A stretch of 64,000 nucleotides of DNA, from assembly GCA_964016885.1 (NCBI GenBank), contig OZ024741.1, positions 351,850,001 to 351,914,000 of the forward strand. The letters run 5' to 3'. Positions 38,382 through 52,443 of this stretch are shown one piece after another. The position numbers and the translations under genes were made by a program. Origin of the DNA: Eledone cirrhosa. Its lineage: Eukaryota. Numbering within the stretch: the stretch's first letter is position 1; every line of letters begins with the position of its first letter. The notes under the pieces are model-generated. The model was not told the DNA's origin and ran no database searches. It was given only the letters and a program-made list of their open reading frames with translations.

Positions 38382-40980
38382 CAATATAGAGGAACAGTAG
38401 GGATTCCTGAAAGCTAACCTGCTGAAGGCGACAGATGAAATCTGTGGCTGGAGCAGACCTATAGGCAGGAGGAGAGTCACTTGGTGGTGGGACAGTAAGG
38501 TGGAGGGGTCAATCAAGGCCAAAAAGCAGGCTTGGAAAGCATGGCGGGGTGGGGGAAGTAGAGAAGACTATCAAGTGGCCAGGAGGGAAGCTAGGAGACA
38601 AGTGCACTTCGCAAGAAGGGAAGCAGAGGAAAGAAAGTTCAAGCATGTTCTACAACGCGAGGACCAAAAACGTGAGGTCTTCAGGATTGCTAGGCAATGT
38701 GTCAAGGAAAACAGTGAGATTGTCGGGGAGAAGTGTGTCCTTAATGATGATGGTGTACTTGCCATCACTGATGCTGATAAGAAGGTAGCTTGGAAGTGTC
38801 ACTACGAAAGGCTACTAAATGAGGAGAATAATTGGGAGAAAGACAGTCTCCCCCACATCGACCCAATAGAGGGACCAGCAGTGCAAGTTGAAGGTAGTAT
38901 AATAAGTAAGGCGAGCAAAGACATGAAGACGGGCAAGGCGGCTGGGCCTTCGGAAATAGTTGCTGAAATGCTGAAAGCATCTGGAACGGTGGGACACACT
39001 ATGGTCACTCGGATAGTAAACCAAGTCATACAGAATGGGGTCGTTCCGAAGTACTGGCGCAGCAGCATCATCATTAACTGCTACAAGGGTAAAGGTGATG
39101 CCCTAGATAGGGGAAACTATAGAGGCATTAAATTAATTGACAAGGTCACAGAAAAAGTAATAGCGCAACTAATCAGAGAGCAAATTGGTCTAGACGAAAT
39201 GCAGTTCGGGTTTGTGTCAGGTAAAAGTACAATAGACGCTCTTTTCATTGTACGACAACTACAGGAGAAGTACCTAGCTAAAAGTAAACCCCTATACTTA
39301 GCCTTTGTTGACTTGGAGAAAGCCTTTGACAGAGTACCCTGCTCGGTTATCTGGTGGGCCCTTAGAGAACTAGGTGTTGATGAATGGCTTGTGAGAGCTA
39401 TACAAGCCATGTATAAAGAAACAGTCAGCAAGGTTAGAATTAACAACGAATATAGTGAAGAGTTTAGCGTAAAAGTTGGTGTTCATCAGGGCTCCGTCCT
39501 TAGCCCCCTACTATTTATTATTGTCCTTCAGGCTATAACAGAGGAGTTCAAGACCGGCTGCCCATGGGAACTCCTATATGCAGATGATCTAACGCTCATA
39601 GCTGAATCAATGGTGGAACTAGAGAAGAAATTCCAAACATGGAAGCATGGCCTAGAATCAAAAAGCCTTAAAGTTAACTTGTCGAAGACTAAAGTTCTAG
39701 TTTGTAGGAAAGAAAATAGGGCACCGGTCCCATCTGGGAAATGGCCATGCTCAGTGTGTAGGAAAGGAGTAGGCAGAAACTCCATTTTATGTCCCAAATG
39801 CAAAGTATGGGTGTATAAAAGATGTAGTGGGATCACAGGTAAGCTAACTAAGAATATAGATTTTATATGTGGCCGGTGCTCTGGTGCAATAAGTAGCAGC
39901 AAGTGCCCACAGAATACTAGCTCATTCCATTGCACAGATGGTTCTATAGAAATAGTGGACAGCTTCCGTTACCTGGGTGACAAAATAAGCAGTGGGGGAG
40001 GGTGCTCTGAAAGTACAGTAGCTAGAGTCAGAACGGGATGGAAAAAGTTCAGAGAGCTTATACCACTATTGGCCGCTAAAGGGTTCTCTCTAAAAATAAA
40101 AGGCAGGCTGTATGATGCCTGCATACGAACAGCAATGTTACATGGCAGTGAGACCTGGGCATTGTGTACAGAGGGTATACGCAGACTGGAGAGAAACGAA
40201 GCTTGCATGCTCCGCTGGATGTGTAATAGTAATATACGTGAACGGCAAAGCATAAACGAACTAAGGGAGAAATTAGGAATAAGAGGGATCAGATGTTGTT
40301 TACTCGAGAGAAAACTACGTTGGTACGGTCACATGATGCGCATGAAAGACGACAGCTGTATTAAAAAGTGCAGGGCGATAAAAATAGGCGGTAGCCACGG
40401 AGTAGGCAGACCCAGAAAAACCTGGGACGACTTGATAAATTCCGACCTCACCCACTTACACCTCTCCAAGACAATGTCACTGGACCGAGATCTTTGGCGC
40501 TACACAGTTATACAGAAGACCCACCTTGCCTAAGTACAAAGCGAAACCTACAGTCAGTAGGCACCTCTAACAAAATACACCCCCGTCCCACCCACCCCAC
40601 CCCATCAACACCACCCCCTTAAACAGTCTGAAACAAATGAGGTCGTGTAGGTGTCACGACAAAAAAAACACACAGTCCACGCTGTAATGTGGCCGTGTAG
40701 GTAACACGGTAAAAACCTCCCAGTACACACTATAAACATGGTTGGTGTTGGGAAGGGCACCCAGCTGTAGAAAACCCACCAGACGTGTAGGTGTCACGAC
40801 AATAAAACACACAGTCCACGCTGCAATGTGGCCGTGTAGGTAACACGGTAAAAACCTCCCAGTCCACACTGTAAACGTGGTTGGTGTTAGGAAGGGCATC
40901 CAGCCGTAGAAAACCCGCCAGACCCATGCTAGCGTGGAAAATGGACGTTAAACGACGATGATGATGATGATGATGATGAT
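38382..40980 (+). mobile_element. 5'-truncated RTE LINE (A-related); ORF 38500-40533
   Basis: Full RT motifs, C4HC3 insert at 39748-39879 (His changed to Tyr), duplicated 3' UTR modules and (GAT)n tail. Confidence 0.95.
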
Positions 40981-41887
40981 ATACTCATGTATATGTTGAG
41001 AAATATGCGACAAAAAAAATTGATGATAAAATGGGTGGTGGTTTTTGTCATTTCTGTAAACTTGGGAACTGACTTTGTGATAGTTCTGTCAGATCAGAGT
41101 TGACCTAGGGTTAAACAACAACAATTGGCCCTGAGCCTAAGCAAAAGAAAAAAAAAACATCAACTCTTTTGTGTCCATATTTCTCATGAAATACACTATT
41201 TCAATTAATTAATGAAGAATTTTGAGAGATTTGCTGAAATGATTAATGATTCCATTGCTAAAATAGTAACTTAATATGTGGTTCTTAACATTATATTGGA
41301 AGCTTTATTTTAAAATTGGTGACTTCGTTTCATAGATCTAGAATCAGGTTTTGATTAGGTTAGTATAAAAGTGTTAGTAATGATGCTTAACTCCTGGATA
41401 ACAATTTATTTGATTCATTTCAAGTAGGTGGGACATGATAGATATTAAGGGGTGATTGGTGAAGAAATGCTGGTACTAGATTTAGGGTTTGTGGCCCCAG
41501 AGTAGGGTTACAACTATCTGGTACTAATACTAGTGTACCATCTTTGATCTACGAGGTCGATAAAATAAAGTACCAGTGGTGCACTGGAGTAATCGCTGGC
41601 CTTGTGCCAAAAGTAGAAACACTATTAACTGTTTAATAAAGAAAAGTGAAAAAGACACAGTTGCGGAGGAGGGGGAGAGGAAGAGAGAGGGGGAACAAGG
41701 GAGAGGGAGAAAGAGAGATAAGAAGAGAATATGAGTGTGTGTGGTAGATAGGAAGAGAGAGAAATAGTGATAAAAAGGGGATGACAAAAAGATAGAAAGA
41801 AAGAGAATGTGGGAGGGAGGGAGGGAGAAAGAGTGATAGGTAGCAAGAGGGAAGGAGAAATAATGATAGGTAGTAAAGGAGAGGGAG

Positions 41888-41974
<87 letters not shown>

Positions 41975-44737
41975 CTGCTGTTGTAATCAGAAGATATTTG
42001 TTATAGTTTTAGAGATTAAAGCAGTCTGTGTCTTGAGGAAGAAACAAATAAATAAAACCAAATATAAAAAATATATATATAAATAAATAAATCGATCCAG
42101 TATGAAAGATATCTGGTAGTATTATCTTATGTGTTTTTTATCTTTTACCTGAAAATTATCTTAGAATTAGAACCTCATACCTCCTCAATCATACTGACAA
42201 GCTATCATCATCATCAACATGATCAAACCATATCTAGTCCAAGACCAGACATGGTCAGAGGACCATGTCTAGACCATATATTCATACATTGCCTATTTAG
42301 TATAGTTGGTTTCAAGGACTGGATGCACGTCCTACCACTAACCACAACACTAACCCCTTCACAACACTAACTACTTCCTACCACTAACCCCTTTACAACA
42401 CTAACCACTTCCTAATACTAAATACTGCTTAGGTGTTCTTTAATGAATGTTTTTCTAATGAAATCACTCTATTTCAATTAAATGAACAACAATTTTGAAG
42501 GATTTACAATAATTATTATTTATGTCATTACTAAGATTACTTAACATATGATTTTTATATAAAATAAGGTTCGCAGATACTAATTTATATAGGAATTATT
42601 TTTAATGGGTGGTTTTGTTTCTAAGGACTAGAACCAATACCAGTTTTGGTTGGGTTGGTACAAAAAGGGTAAAATGTGCAAGGCATACAGACACAACACT
42701 TAAGTAATACACCTGATTGCATTGGACTGAGGTTGTGATGCCATGCCATATCATATCATAGCCAAAATAGCATGAATATTATAGTCAGCCTGCTAGAACT
42801 AGCAGCTAAATCTTACTCAAATCATTTCTTCAGTTGTAGTTATTCTACATGTTTTTCTATACTTGCATGGGTTGGACACACCCTAGTGTCTATTCCAGTT
42901 TCATGGTCATTAAGAGATTGAAAGTAAAAGATGAATGGGATGAAAATCTATCAAGTGCTATCCTCTAGTTACCACTGGTAGTCATTTTTAGCTAAGTGTA
43001 CATGAGCAAGATGAAACAGGGTGCCTTGCTCAAGGATAAAATGTATCACCTAGTCAGGCAATTGACCATTCACTTTATGATCAGGAGCCTAACTCCCTAA
43101 CTACTAGACCATATGCATTCATTATATATCCCATCATGCCATCTTAAAAAAAGGAAGGGTATAATTTAGTGTTTACTTAGTGTTTATCTTGACTTCAATC
43201 CTCAACATCAGGCATCATTATCTTCTCTCAGAGTGTTTCATACCCTGGTTTGCTCTAATACAGATCTTTCCAACATACTGAGGCCCCTATTCCTCCAGGC
43301 TAGTTGGTAGTTTTTAGCAAGACTTGAACACATAATTCAACAGACTATGATAGACATATCTCTTTTCTGACCAGATTGCTAATGAAAATACATGTACTGC
43401 AATTAATTAATAAAATTCTTTGAGGGATTTACTGAAATCATTAATCATTTCATTATGAAGATAGCAAGTTAACATATGGTTCTTATATAAAATAATGTTG
43501 GAATATAAAATATATATAAAATAATGTTAAAATCCCTATGACTCCATAGGGTACTGAGAACCCTAGACAACACAAAAGATGGCAATAATTAAATAAGTGT
43601 TATGTGGGGAGAATATGAAGACAGTGAAAGTGAGAGGTGATAAATAGATATAAAATAATTGAAAGTAAAGAAATGAAAAGAAAACATGTACTAATACATA
43701 GCAGCAGTGGATCAATAACCTCTAAAAGACCTTCAGATAGAGAGTATGAGTTAGAGAGAAGGGGTAAGGGAAAGGAAGAGAGGGAGATACAGGTAGGCTG
43801 TGAGAGAGGGTGAGAGAAGGAGAGGAAGAAGGTTAGAGGGGTGAAAGAGAGAATGTGATGTATAGAGAACAACAGAGAGAGAGGAGGGAGAGACAGACAG
43901 AGAATGAGGTAGATAGATAGAGAAATAGAGGCAGAGTGAGAAAGAATGAGCAAAAGAGAAGAGAAGTGCTAAAAATCATATCTGATATTCATAGATATAT
44001 TTTTTTAGTTATATGTTTTTACTTTCATTTCTTTACACCACCACCACAAATGTAATACATCATCATCATCAAGCCCCACCACCACAACACAAAACATTAT
44101 CACCACCACAAGAACACCACTACCTCCTTCACTATGTTCTTTATCAAATATTTACTCTAACTGTAAGTCTAGTGGGGTCACCAAATTTAATATAAAATCA
44201 GTTTAAAATGTCCAAAAATTCTAAGCTAAATTCATTTAAAATTATAGGAGAAAGATAGAAAGAAAATTCCACCAAATTCCACCATTTTTCCATCCATTAA
44301 TTAAGAGATATTTCCTCAAATACTGAACAGAATCATCTCTACTGCCAGGAATAATCAATAAATTCAAGACACACAGTCACACACATACATTTAAAGCATC
44401 ATAGCACCCCGCACACATATGCATACACACACACACACCACCACATACAAACCAATCATACACCATCACACATTACTATACACACACACACACACATAAC
44501 CACCACACAGATCACCACACACACAATATCACAAATTCATGTGCTGAGCAAGGAAGTAGAAGATAACAAGATATGGTAGTGGGAGGAAGGTGGTCTCCAA
44601 TGAAGGAGAATAAGAACAAGAATAAGGAGAAGGAGAAGAAAGATAAAATATATATTTGACTCCAATGCAAAATAATTAGCAACTAAACTTGTAGTCTTTC
44701 TCCTTTGTGTGTATTTAAAGTAACTACCACTGCCACC

Positions 44738-44768
<31 letters not shown>

Positions 44769-44934
44769 CCACTAACACAACCACCACCACCACAAATATA
44801 ATCATCACCACCACTACTACTACTATTGTCACTGTAGTTAGTGTAACATGCTAACTACAACTACTACCAATAACAACAAAAACAATGCTAATAATGGTAT
44901 TAACGAAATGACAACAACAATGATAATAATAATA

Positions 44935-45335
44935 GGGTTGTGGATTAGCAGTATCGGTAGAGCATCGGACAACATGCTTTATGGAACAGAATTATGGCCC
45001 TTTATTTTCTGAATTCAAATCCCACCAAGGTTAGTTTTGCCTTTCATCCTTATGGGGTCGATGAAATAAAGCACCAGTAATACACTAGGGTGGATTTAAT
45101 CAACTTTCCTCTTCTCTTCAAATTACTGGTCTTGTGCCAAATGTAGAAACATTATTGTATCGGTAGAGGGTCGGTCGCCATGCTTTGACGCATAGAGTTA
45201 CGGCCCTTGCCATTCTGAGTTCAAATCCCGCTGAGGTTAACTTTACCTTTCATCCTTATGGGGTCGATAAAATAAAGTACCAGTAATGTACTGGTTAATT
45301 GCTGGCCTTGTGCCAATAGTAGAAACAATTATTAT
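44935..45335 (+). mobile_element. Two tandem MetaSINE-like copies
   Basis: B-boxes and Meta-like cores. Other partial copies are at about 41535-41628 (+) and 45826-45936 (-). Confidence 0.85.
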
Positions 45336-45774
45336 TGTTATAACAACAACCACAATAAACTTATCAGTATTTCACAAGGACATGACTGATTGAAATTTAT
45401 GACCTACCCCACACCAAAAAAATCATACATATAAAATTTTTTTAAATGAGTAAAACATAATCAAATAAAATTAAATAAAAATTTTAAAAATCAATGAAGT
45501 GAAAAATTATAATTAAAATATAAAAATATAAAAATTAAAAATCGAGTAAAATATAATTAAATAAAAATTTAAAAAAAACAACGAAATATGAAACATCAAT
45601 GAAAGATAATTTCCAATATTATTGGATGATGATAAATGGAAACATTTAGAAAATTTTGGAAAATAAAGGTGAATTAAAGAGAAAACAAATGAATAGTAGC
45701 AGAAAAAGATTACATATATATATGATGATGATGATGATGATATGATGTACATATATATGATGTATATATATATA

Positions 45775-45831
<57 letters not shown>

Positions 45832-45935
45832 TCTACTTTTTGGCACAAGGCCAGCAATTATCCAGTGTATTACTGGTACTTTATTTTATCGACCCCGTAA
45901 GGATGAAAGGCAAAGTCAACCTCGGCGGGATTTGA

Positions 45936-45966
<31 letters not shown>

Positions 45967-45971
45967 ATGAT

Positions 45972-46005
<34 letters not shown>

Positions 46006-46011
46006 GATGTA

Positions 46012-46060
<49 letters not shown>

Positions 46061-46652
46061 CAAGTAAGTATATGATATCTATTGGCGTTAGGAAATCAAG
46101 CTAAAATCAGTCCTGTGTGAGAGAAACAGTCTTTTGACCTGATCTCTCACAACAGTGACAGCCCGTCCTACCCATGCTAGTGTGGAAAATGGGAGTTAAA
46201 TGATTATGATGATATGATGTGTATCTAAATATCTATATGTTGTGTATATACACATGGTACATGTATGAATATAATGTATATATACTCCTATATATGCTGA
46301 GAAAAATTTAGCAAAAAAAAAAAAATTGAAGATAAAATAGGGAGTCAACTTATATACAAAATCCAATATTCTGATAATTTTCACCACTTAAAAATTCTAT
46401 GTAAATTAGGTGTTAAAATATTTTAAGTTTGGAGGCGAATATTACACTTTTGGGGTGAATATTACACTGGTTTTTACACACACACACATACACTCACACA
46501 TATATATATACACACACACACACATATCTATATATACACACACACACATATCGATATATATATATACATACACACACATATCTATATATATATACATACA
46601 CACACACATATCTATATATATATATACACATATCTATATATATACACACACA

Positions 46653-47923
46653 TGTATGCTGATGACCTCGCACTCATAGCTGAATCTATGGTAGAACTAG
46701 AGAATAAATTCCAAACCTGGAAGCAGGGACTAGAGAGAAAGGGCCTCAAAGTCAACATGACAAAGACTAAGGTCCTTGTAAGTAGACGAGAAAACAGAAC
46801 CCAGATCCCCTCAGGGAAATGGCCTTGCTCAGTATGTAGGAAAGGTGTAGGTAGGAACTCCATTCTCTGCCCCAAATGCAAACAATGGGTACACAAGAGA
46901 TGTAGCGGGATCTCAGGAAGCTTAATTAAGAATGTAGGATTCACATGCAGCAGCTGTGCTGAAACAGCAAGCAAACAGCCACAGGAAACAAGTACCACCA
47001 ATCTCTGGGAGGGCCCTGTAGAAACAGTAGACAGCTTCTGCTACCTAGGTGACCGAATTAGCAACGGAGGTGGGTGCTCAGAAAGTACAATAACTAGGGT
47101 AAGAACGGGATGGAAGAAGTTTAGGGAACTACTACCACTGCTAGCTGCAAAAGGCTTCTCCCTCAGAATGAAAGGCAGACTGTATGATGCGTGTATCCGA
47201 ACAGCGATGTTGCATGGTAGTGAGACCTGGGCGCTGAAGGTGGAAGACTTACGTAGATTAGAGAGAAACGAAGCCTGCATGCTCCGATGGATGTGTAACA
47301 GTAATATACGTGAACGACAAAGCATAAAGGAATTGAGAGAGAGACTGAGCATAAGAGGAATCAAATGCTGCGTGCAGGAGAGGCGGTTACGCTGGTATGG
47401 ACATGTGATGCGTATGAAGGATGACAGCTGCATAAAAAGGTGCAGAGCACTAGAAGTTGATGGAAACCGCGGAGTGGGGAGACCCAAGATGACTTGGGAT
47501 GAGGTGATAAAAGCCGACCTTACCCAACTACACCTCTCAAAGTCAATGACACACGACCGTGACTTCTGGCGTCACGCAGTAATACAGGGTACCCGACCTC
47601 CCATGGGTACATGCTGAAGCATATAAACAATATGCCCCCACTCCCCCCACCGCAAGGTGGTCGTGGAGGTGCCACGGCAAAAAAGCACCCAGCCCACACT
47701 GTAAAGTGGACATGTAGGCGCTACGAAAAAGCACCCAGCACTCACTGTAAATGAGGTTGGTGTTAGGAAGGGCATCCAGCTGTAGAAATCAAGCCAGATC
47801 AGTTCCTGTATGAGCAAGGCATGGTCAGCCGACCAGACACTGCCCACAACAGGACAACCTGTCTAACCCATGCTAGCGTGGAAGAACGGACGTAAAACGG
47901 TGATGATGATGATGATGATGATG
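46653..47923 (+). mobile_element. RTE subfamily B copy truncated at YADD; nearly identical to 23534-24800
   Basis: ORF 46652-47617 differs from the 22-kb copy by only about 2 aa, and the 3' UTR and tail match. Confidence 0.95.
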
Positions 47924-48039
47924 ACACACACATCTATATATATACACACACACACATCTCTCTATATATATACATACACACATATCTCTATATACACACA
48001 CATATATATATTTATATATATACATATATCTATATATAT

Positions 48040-49125
48040 GACCCCGTCACTTCTCGCTTTTTTTCCAACCCACCCATTACTGCTTTTAAGTGCGCCCGCA
48101 ACCTCTGCAACATCCTGGTTCGCAGTTCCTTTTCGTCCTCTCCCACGACTCAACCCGGCTCTCATCCTTGTTCCCGTTCCCGCTGCAACACTTGTCCCTT
48201 TATTTCCACCCTCCCCACTTTTACAGGCCCTAACAGGTTTTTCCGTATCCGCTATTCCTTCACCAATCAACCACGTTGTCTATGCCCTCCGGTGTTCTCT
48301 TTGCGGGTCTTTATATATCGGACAAATGGGACGCCGTATGGCAGACCGTTTTGCTGAACATTTGAGGAACATACGACTCGGTTTGGATACTCCTGTCGCC
48401 CGTCATTTCTGTTCTCCTGGTCATTTTTCCCTATATGTTTCAGTTTTTGGTGTCCTTTTACATCATGGATCACAGACCTCGCGCACCAGGACTGAACAAA
48501 GTCTGATTCATCACCTTGAGTCCTATTCCCCTCTTGGACTCAATTCACCTCCCCAATTTCTTTAATAGCCTGTCCATTATCACATCCCTAGATTCCTATC
48601 GCTTTCTCTTGATCATTAGCAGCTTCTCTTACAACTAATACATGCCGACTATATATACTCACTCCACTTTTCCCTTCACTGCTCTGTATACACACATACA
48701 CACCCTTATATTAACATACTTTTGCTCATAGCTTTGTACTTACATGCACACATACTCTTTTACTCACATATACACACACTTTTCTTCTTAGCTTCGTACG
48801 GACGTATAACATACACACAAACACATGCTTTCGCACGTGCACAAGTATAGCACTTTTTACAAAACGTTTTTTTTTCCACTTTTCTAAAAAATAAATCATA
48901 CACAAAATGCCAGCACCAACAGTTTTGCAAGAGATGTCAACATGAATGAACCTGTTATTTTTATCTAAAGACATTTTTTCCAATTCCATCCCCTCAATCT
49001 ATCTTATTTCTCATTCTATCTTCTGATGAAGGACTAGCATCCCAAACGTTAAGACTCTATTCCTGCTATATCAAGCGTTAACCTAATATATCCCTTCCAT
49101 ATACTATACCGATTGTGTTATTTCT
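48040..49125 (+). mobile_element. Neptune-like Penelope element 3' fragment (Cys linker, GIY-YIG, terminal repeat)
   Basis: HPCSRSRCNTCP (frameshifted), HVVYALRCSLCGSLYIGQ..RFAEH, PVARHF..H, EQSLIHHL and PLGLN. Degenerate HHR TCTT CTGATGA AGGA..TCC CAAAC GTT AAGA at 49019-49054. Confidence 0.88.
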
Positions 49126-49164
49126 TTTTACATACATATATATATATATGTATGTAAATATTTA

Positions 49165-50500
49165 CCCTTTCCCACGAATGTTGGCAAATGCCCAAAACTC
49201 TGAGTTGAAACCATCAATGTAAGCACAATGAAAGGAACAGCAGAAGAAATCGTAGAGATGCTAGAGCGAAAGGAAATTGATGTATGCTGTGTGCAAGAGA
49301 CTAGATGGAGAGGAGGGTCTGCTAGAGTCCTTATAGGCAAAAGGTAGGTGGGAAATGACAATGGGATGGGTGGTCTAGGTATCCTACTAGCTGAGAAATG
49401 GGTAGATAAGGTAATCACAGTGAACAGGGTGAATGCAAGAATCATTAAACTCAGACTAGTCCTGAATAAAACAATTACCACAATAATATCAGCTTACGCA
49501 CCCCAATCGGGGTTGCCAGATGAACTTAAGGATAGGTTTTACGAGTCCCTAATGCACACTACTGCTCTAACAAACGACAATGACTTCCTAATCATTGCAG
49601 GAGATTTTAACGGACACGTAGGTAAACACCGTGACAGCTTCTATAGAGTCCATGGAGGCCACGGATTTGGCACAAGAAATGAAGAAGGCTTCAGGCTTCT
49701 AGAATTCTGCGACGCCAATGACATGTCGATATGTAACACAAATTTCAAAAAACCAGACAACCACCTGATCACCTATAGATCAGGGGAGCATTCTAGTCAG
49801 ATAGATTTTATCCTCATCAGAGGACGTGACAGATGGACGGTCATAAACACAAAAGTCTTCCCAGGTGAGGAATGTACCCCCCAACATAACTTAGTTGTCA
49901 GCGACCTCATTGTCAAAATTAGACGAACTTGGAAACAGAAGGCAACCTGGAGAAGAAAGATCTGGAAGCTGAAAGACCCCTCAGCCAGTAACAGATTTAA
50001 AGATATTTTACTCGACACCTATGACAGTAAAGAAGAACAGATATAGACATTCAATGTAGAAGAACACTGGGAGTTCCTAAAAAATAACTTACTAAAGGTG
50101 ACGGATGAGATCTGTGGATGGAGTAAGACCACAGGCAGGAGGAGAGTGACTTGGTGGTGGAACAATAAGGTGGATGAGGCAGTTAAGGCCAAGAGACAGG
50201 CATGGAAAGAATGGAAAAACAGGGGAAGCAGGGTACGTTACATAGAGACCAGGAGGGAAGCTAGGTGACAAGTATACTTAACTAGAAGGGAAGCGGAGGA
50301 TAGAAAATTCAAGCATGTCTTGCAACGTGAGGACCAGAAACAGGAGGTGTTCAAGATTGCAAGGCAGTGTGTCAGAGAGAATTGTGATGTCATTGGAGAG
50401 AAGTGTATCCGGAATGATAAAGGTGAGCTTGCCCTCACAAGTGCCGAGAATAAAGATGCGTGGAAGAGCCATTATGAAAGATTACTAAATGAGGAGAATG
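49165..50500 (+). pseudogene. RTE ORF N-terminal half: AP endonuclease domain, interrupted at 50500
   Basis: TINVSTM, DVCCVQETRW, ISAYAPQ, IIAGDFNGHVG, QIDFIL and QHNLVV. Overlaps in sequence with the 5' part of the 22-kb copy. Confidence 0.93.
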
Positions 50501-50663
50501 TATATATATATATATACATACATGCACACATATATATATATGTACATATGGATTCACCGAACATTTATTATAATGCTCGGTGTTTTTGTAAACAAACAAC
50601 CCGAATTAAGCCATACAGTGTCTAGCAACCATCGTTGCTCATTTGTTCAACACTGCCAAAGGA

Positions 50664-50706
50664 ACGCTGTACTAGTTTCAAGCTTATTATCTATCGTCAG
50701 CAACGT
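50664..50706 (-). ncRNA. Minimal hammerhead, tandem copy 1
   Basis: ACGTTG CTGACGA TAGATAATAAGCTT GAAA CTAG TA^CAGCGT. Confidence 0.75.
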
Positions 50707-50963
50707 ATACCTTCCTGCCAGATGGTTGAACGTCTGAAAGTATATACTTTCCTTATGCATATTAACAACCGAGCAGCCTAATTTGCATATCGAGTGAGTT
50801 AATCGGCCGGGGTACCGAAAACGATAAATGGAAAAATATTTAAGTAACAGCCGTACTAAGAGTGAGAAATGAAATTTTGTTTCATTTTTTCCGTTTATCG
50901 TTTTCGGTACCTCGGCCGATTAACTCAACCATCGTTGCTCATTTGTTCAACACTGACAAAGGA

Positions 50964-51006
50964 ACGCTGTACTAGTTTCAAGCTTATTATCTATCGTCAG
51001 CAACGT
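50964..51006 (-). ncRNA. Minimal hammerhead, tandem copy 2
   Basis: Identical motif 300 bp from copy 1. Confidence 0.75.
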
Positions 51007-51315
51007 ATACCTTCCTGCCAGATGGTTGAACGTCTGAAAGTATATACTTTCCTTATGCATATTAACGGCTGAGCAGCCTAATTTGCAATTCGAGTGAGTT
51101 AATCGGCCGGGGTACCGAAAACGATAAACGGGAAAATATTTAAGTAACAGCCGTACTAAGAGGGAGAAATGAAATTTCGTTTCATTTTTTCCGTTTATCG
51201 TTTTCGGTACCCCGGCCGATTAACTCACTCGATATGCAAATTAGGCTGCTCAGCCGTTAATATGCATAAAGAAAGTATATACTTTCAGACGTTCAACCAT
51301 CTGGCAGGAAGGTAT

Positions 51316-51358
51316 ACATTGCTGATGATAGCTAATAAGCTTGAAACTAGTACAGCGT
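51316..51358 (+). ncRNA. Minimal hammerhead, inverted arm
   Basis: ACATTG CTGATGA T AGCT aata AGCT T GAAA CTAG TA^CAGCGT. Palindromic stem III ACTAGT. Confidence 0.78.
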
Positions 51359-51531
51359 ATCTTTGTCAGTGTTGAACAAATGAGCAACGATGGTTGCTAG
51401 ACACTGTACGGCTTAATTCGGGTTGTTTGTTTACAAACACACCGAGCATTATAATAAATGTTCGGTGAATCCATACATACATATATATATGTGTGCATGT
51501 ATGCATATATACTTATATATATATATAATAT

Positions 51532-52443
51532 ATCATCATCATCAACGTTTAACGTCCGTGTTCCACGCTTGCATGGGTTTGGACGGGGGTTTTCCCACTT
51601 GAGGCAAGAGTGATTATCTTGCTCGCATAGGACTATCTGGCGGGTTTTCTACAGCTGGATGCCCTTCCTAACACCAACCACATTTACAGTGCAGGGCTGG
51701 GAGGTTTTTACCGTGTTGCCTACACGGCCACATTACAGCGTGAACTGTGTTTTTTTTTGTCGTGACATCTACACGATCTCATTTGTTTCGGCCTGGATGT
51801 TGTGGCACCAACATAACTTTACATTGAAAGGGGTGGGGGTGGTGGGACGGGGGTGTATTTTGTTAGAGATGCCTACTGACAGTAGTAGGTTTTACTTTGT
51901 ATTTAGGTAAGGCGGGTCTTCTCTATTACTGAGTACCGCTAAAGGTCTCGGTCCAGTGACATTGTCTTGGTGAGGTGTAAGTGTGGGAGGTCGGAATTAA
52001 TCAGCTCGTCCCAGGTCTTTCTGGGTCTGCCTATTCCGTGGCTACCGTCTATCTTTATTGCCCTGCACTTTGTTATACAGCTACCGTCTTTAATGCGCAT
52101 CACGTGACCATACCAACGTAGCCTTCTCTCGAGTAAACAACATCTGATCCCTCTTATTTCTAATTTTTTCCTTAGTTCGTTTATGCTTTGCCGTTCACGT
52201 ATATTACTATTACACATCCAGTGGAGCATGCAAGCTTCGTTTCTCTCTAGTCTGCGTATATCCTCTGCACACAATGCCCAGGTCTCACCGCCATGCAACA
52301 TTGCTGTTCGTATGCAGGCATCATACAACCTGGCTTTCATTTTTAGGGAGTACCCTTTAGCGGCTAATAGTGGTATAAGCTCTCTGAACTTTTTCCATCC
52401 AGTTCTGACTCTAGCTACTGTACTTTCAGAGCACCCTCCCCCA

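Larger units (their letters stand above)
50511..51510. mobile_element. Non-coding palindromic element with an internal 300-bp tandem duplication and three hammerheads
   Basis: 50511-50838 is the reverse complement of about 51185-51510. 50628-50927 is repeated at 50928-51227. Flanked by (TA)n. Confidence 0.92.

Noticed and set aside
50778-50790. Octamer ATTTGCAT in the palindromic element as a regulatory site
   Set aside because: A single 8-mer, mutated in the second tandem copy, with no supporting promoter context.
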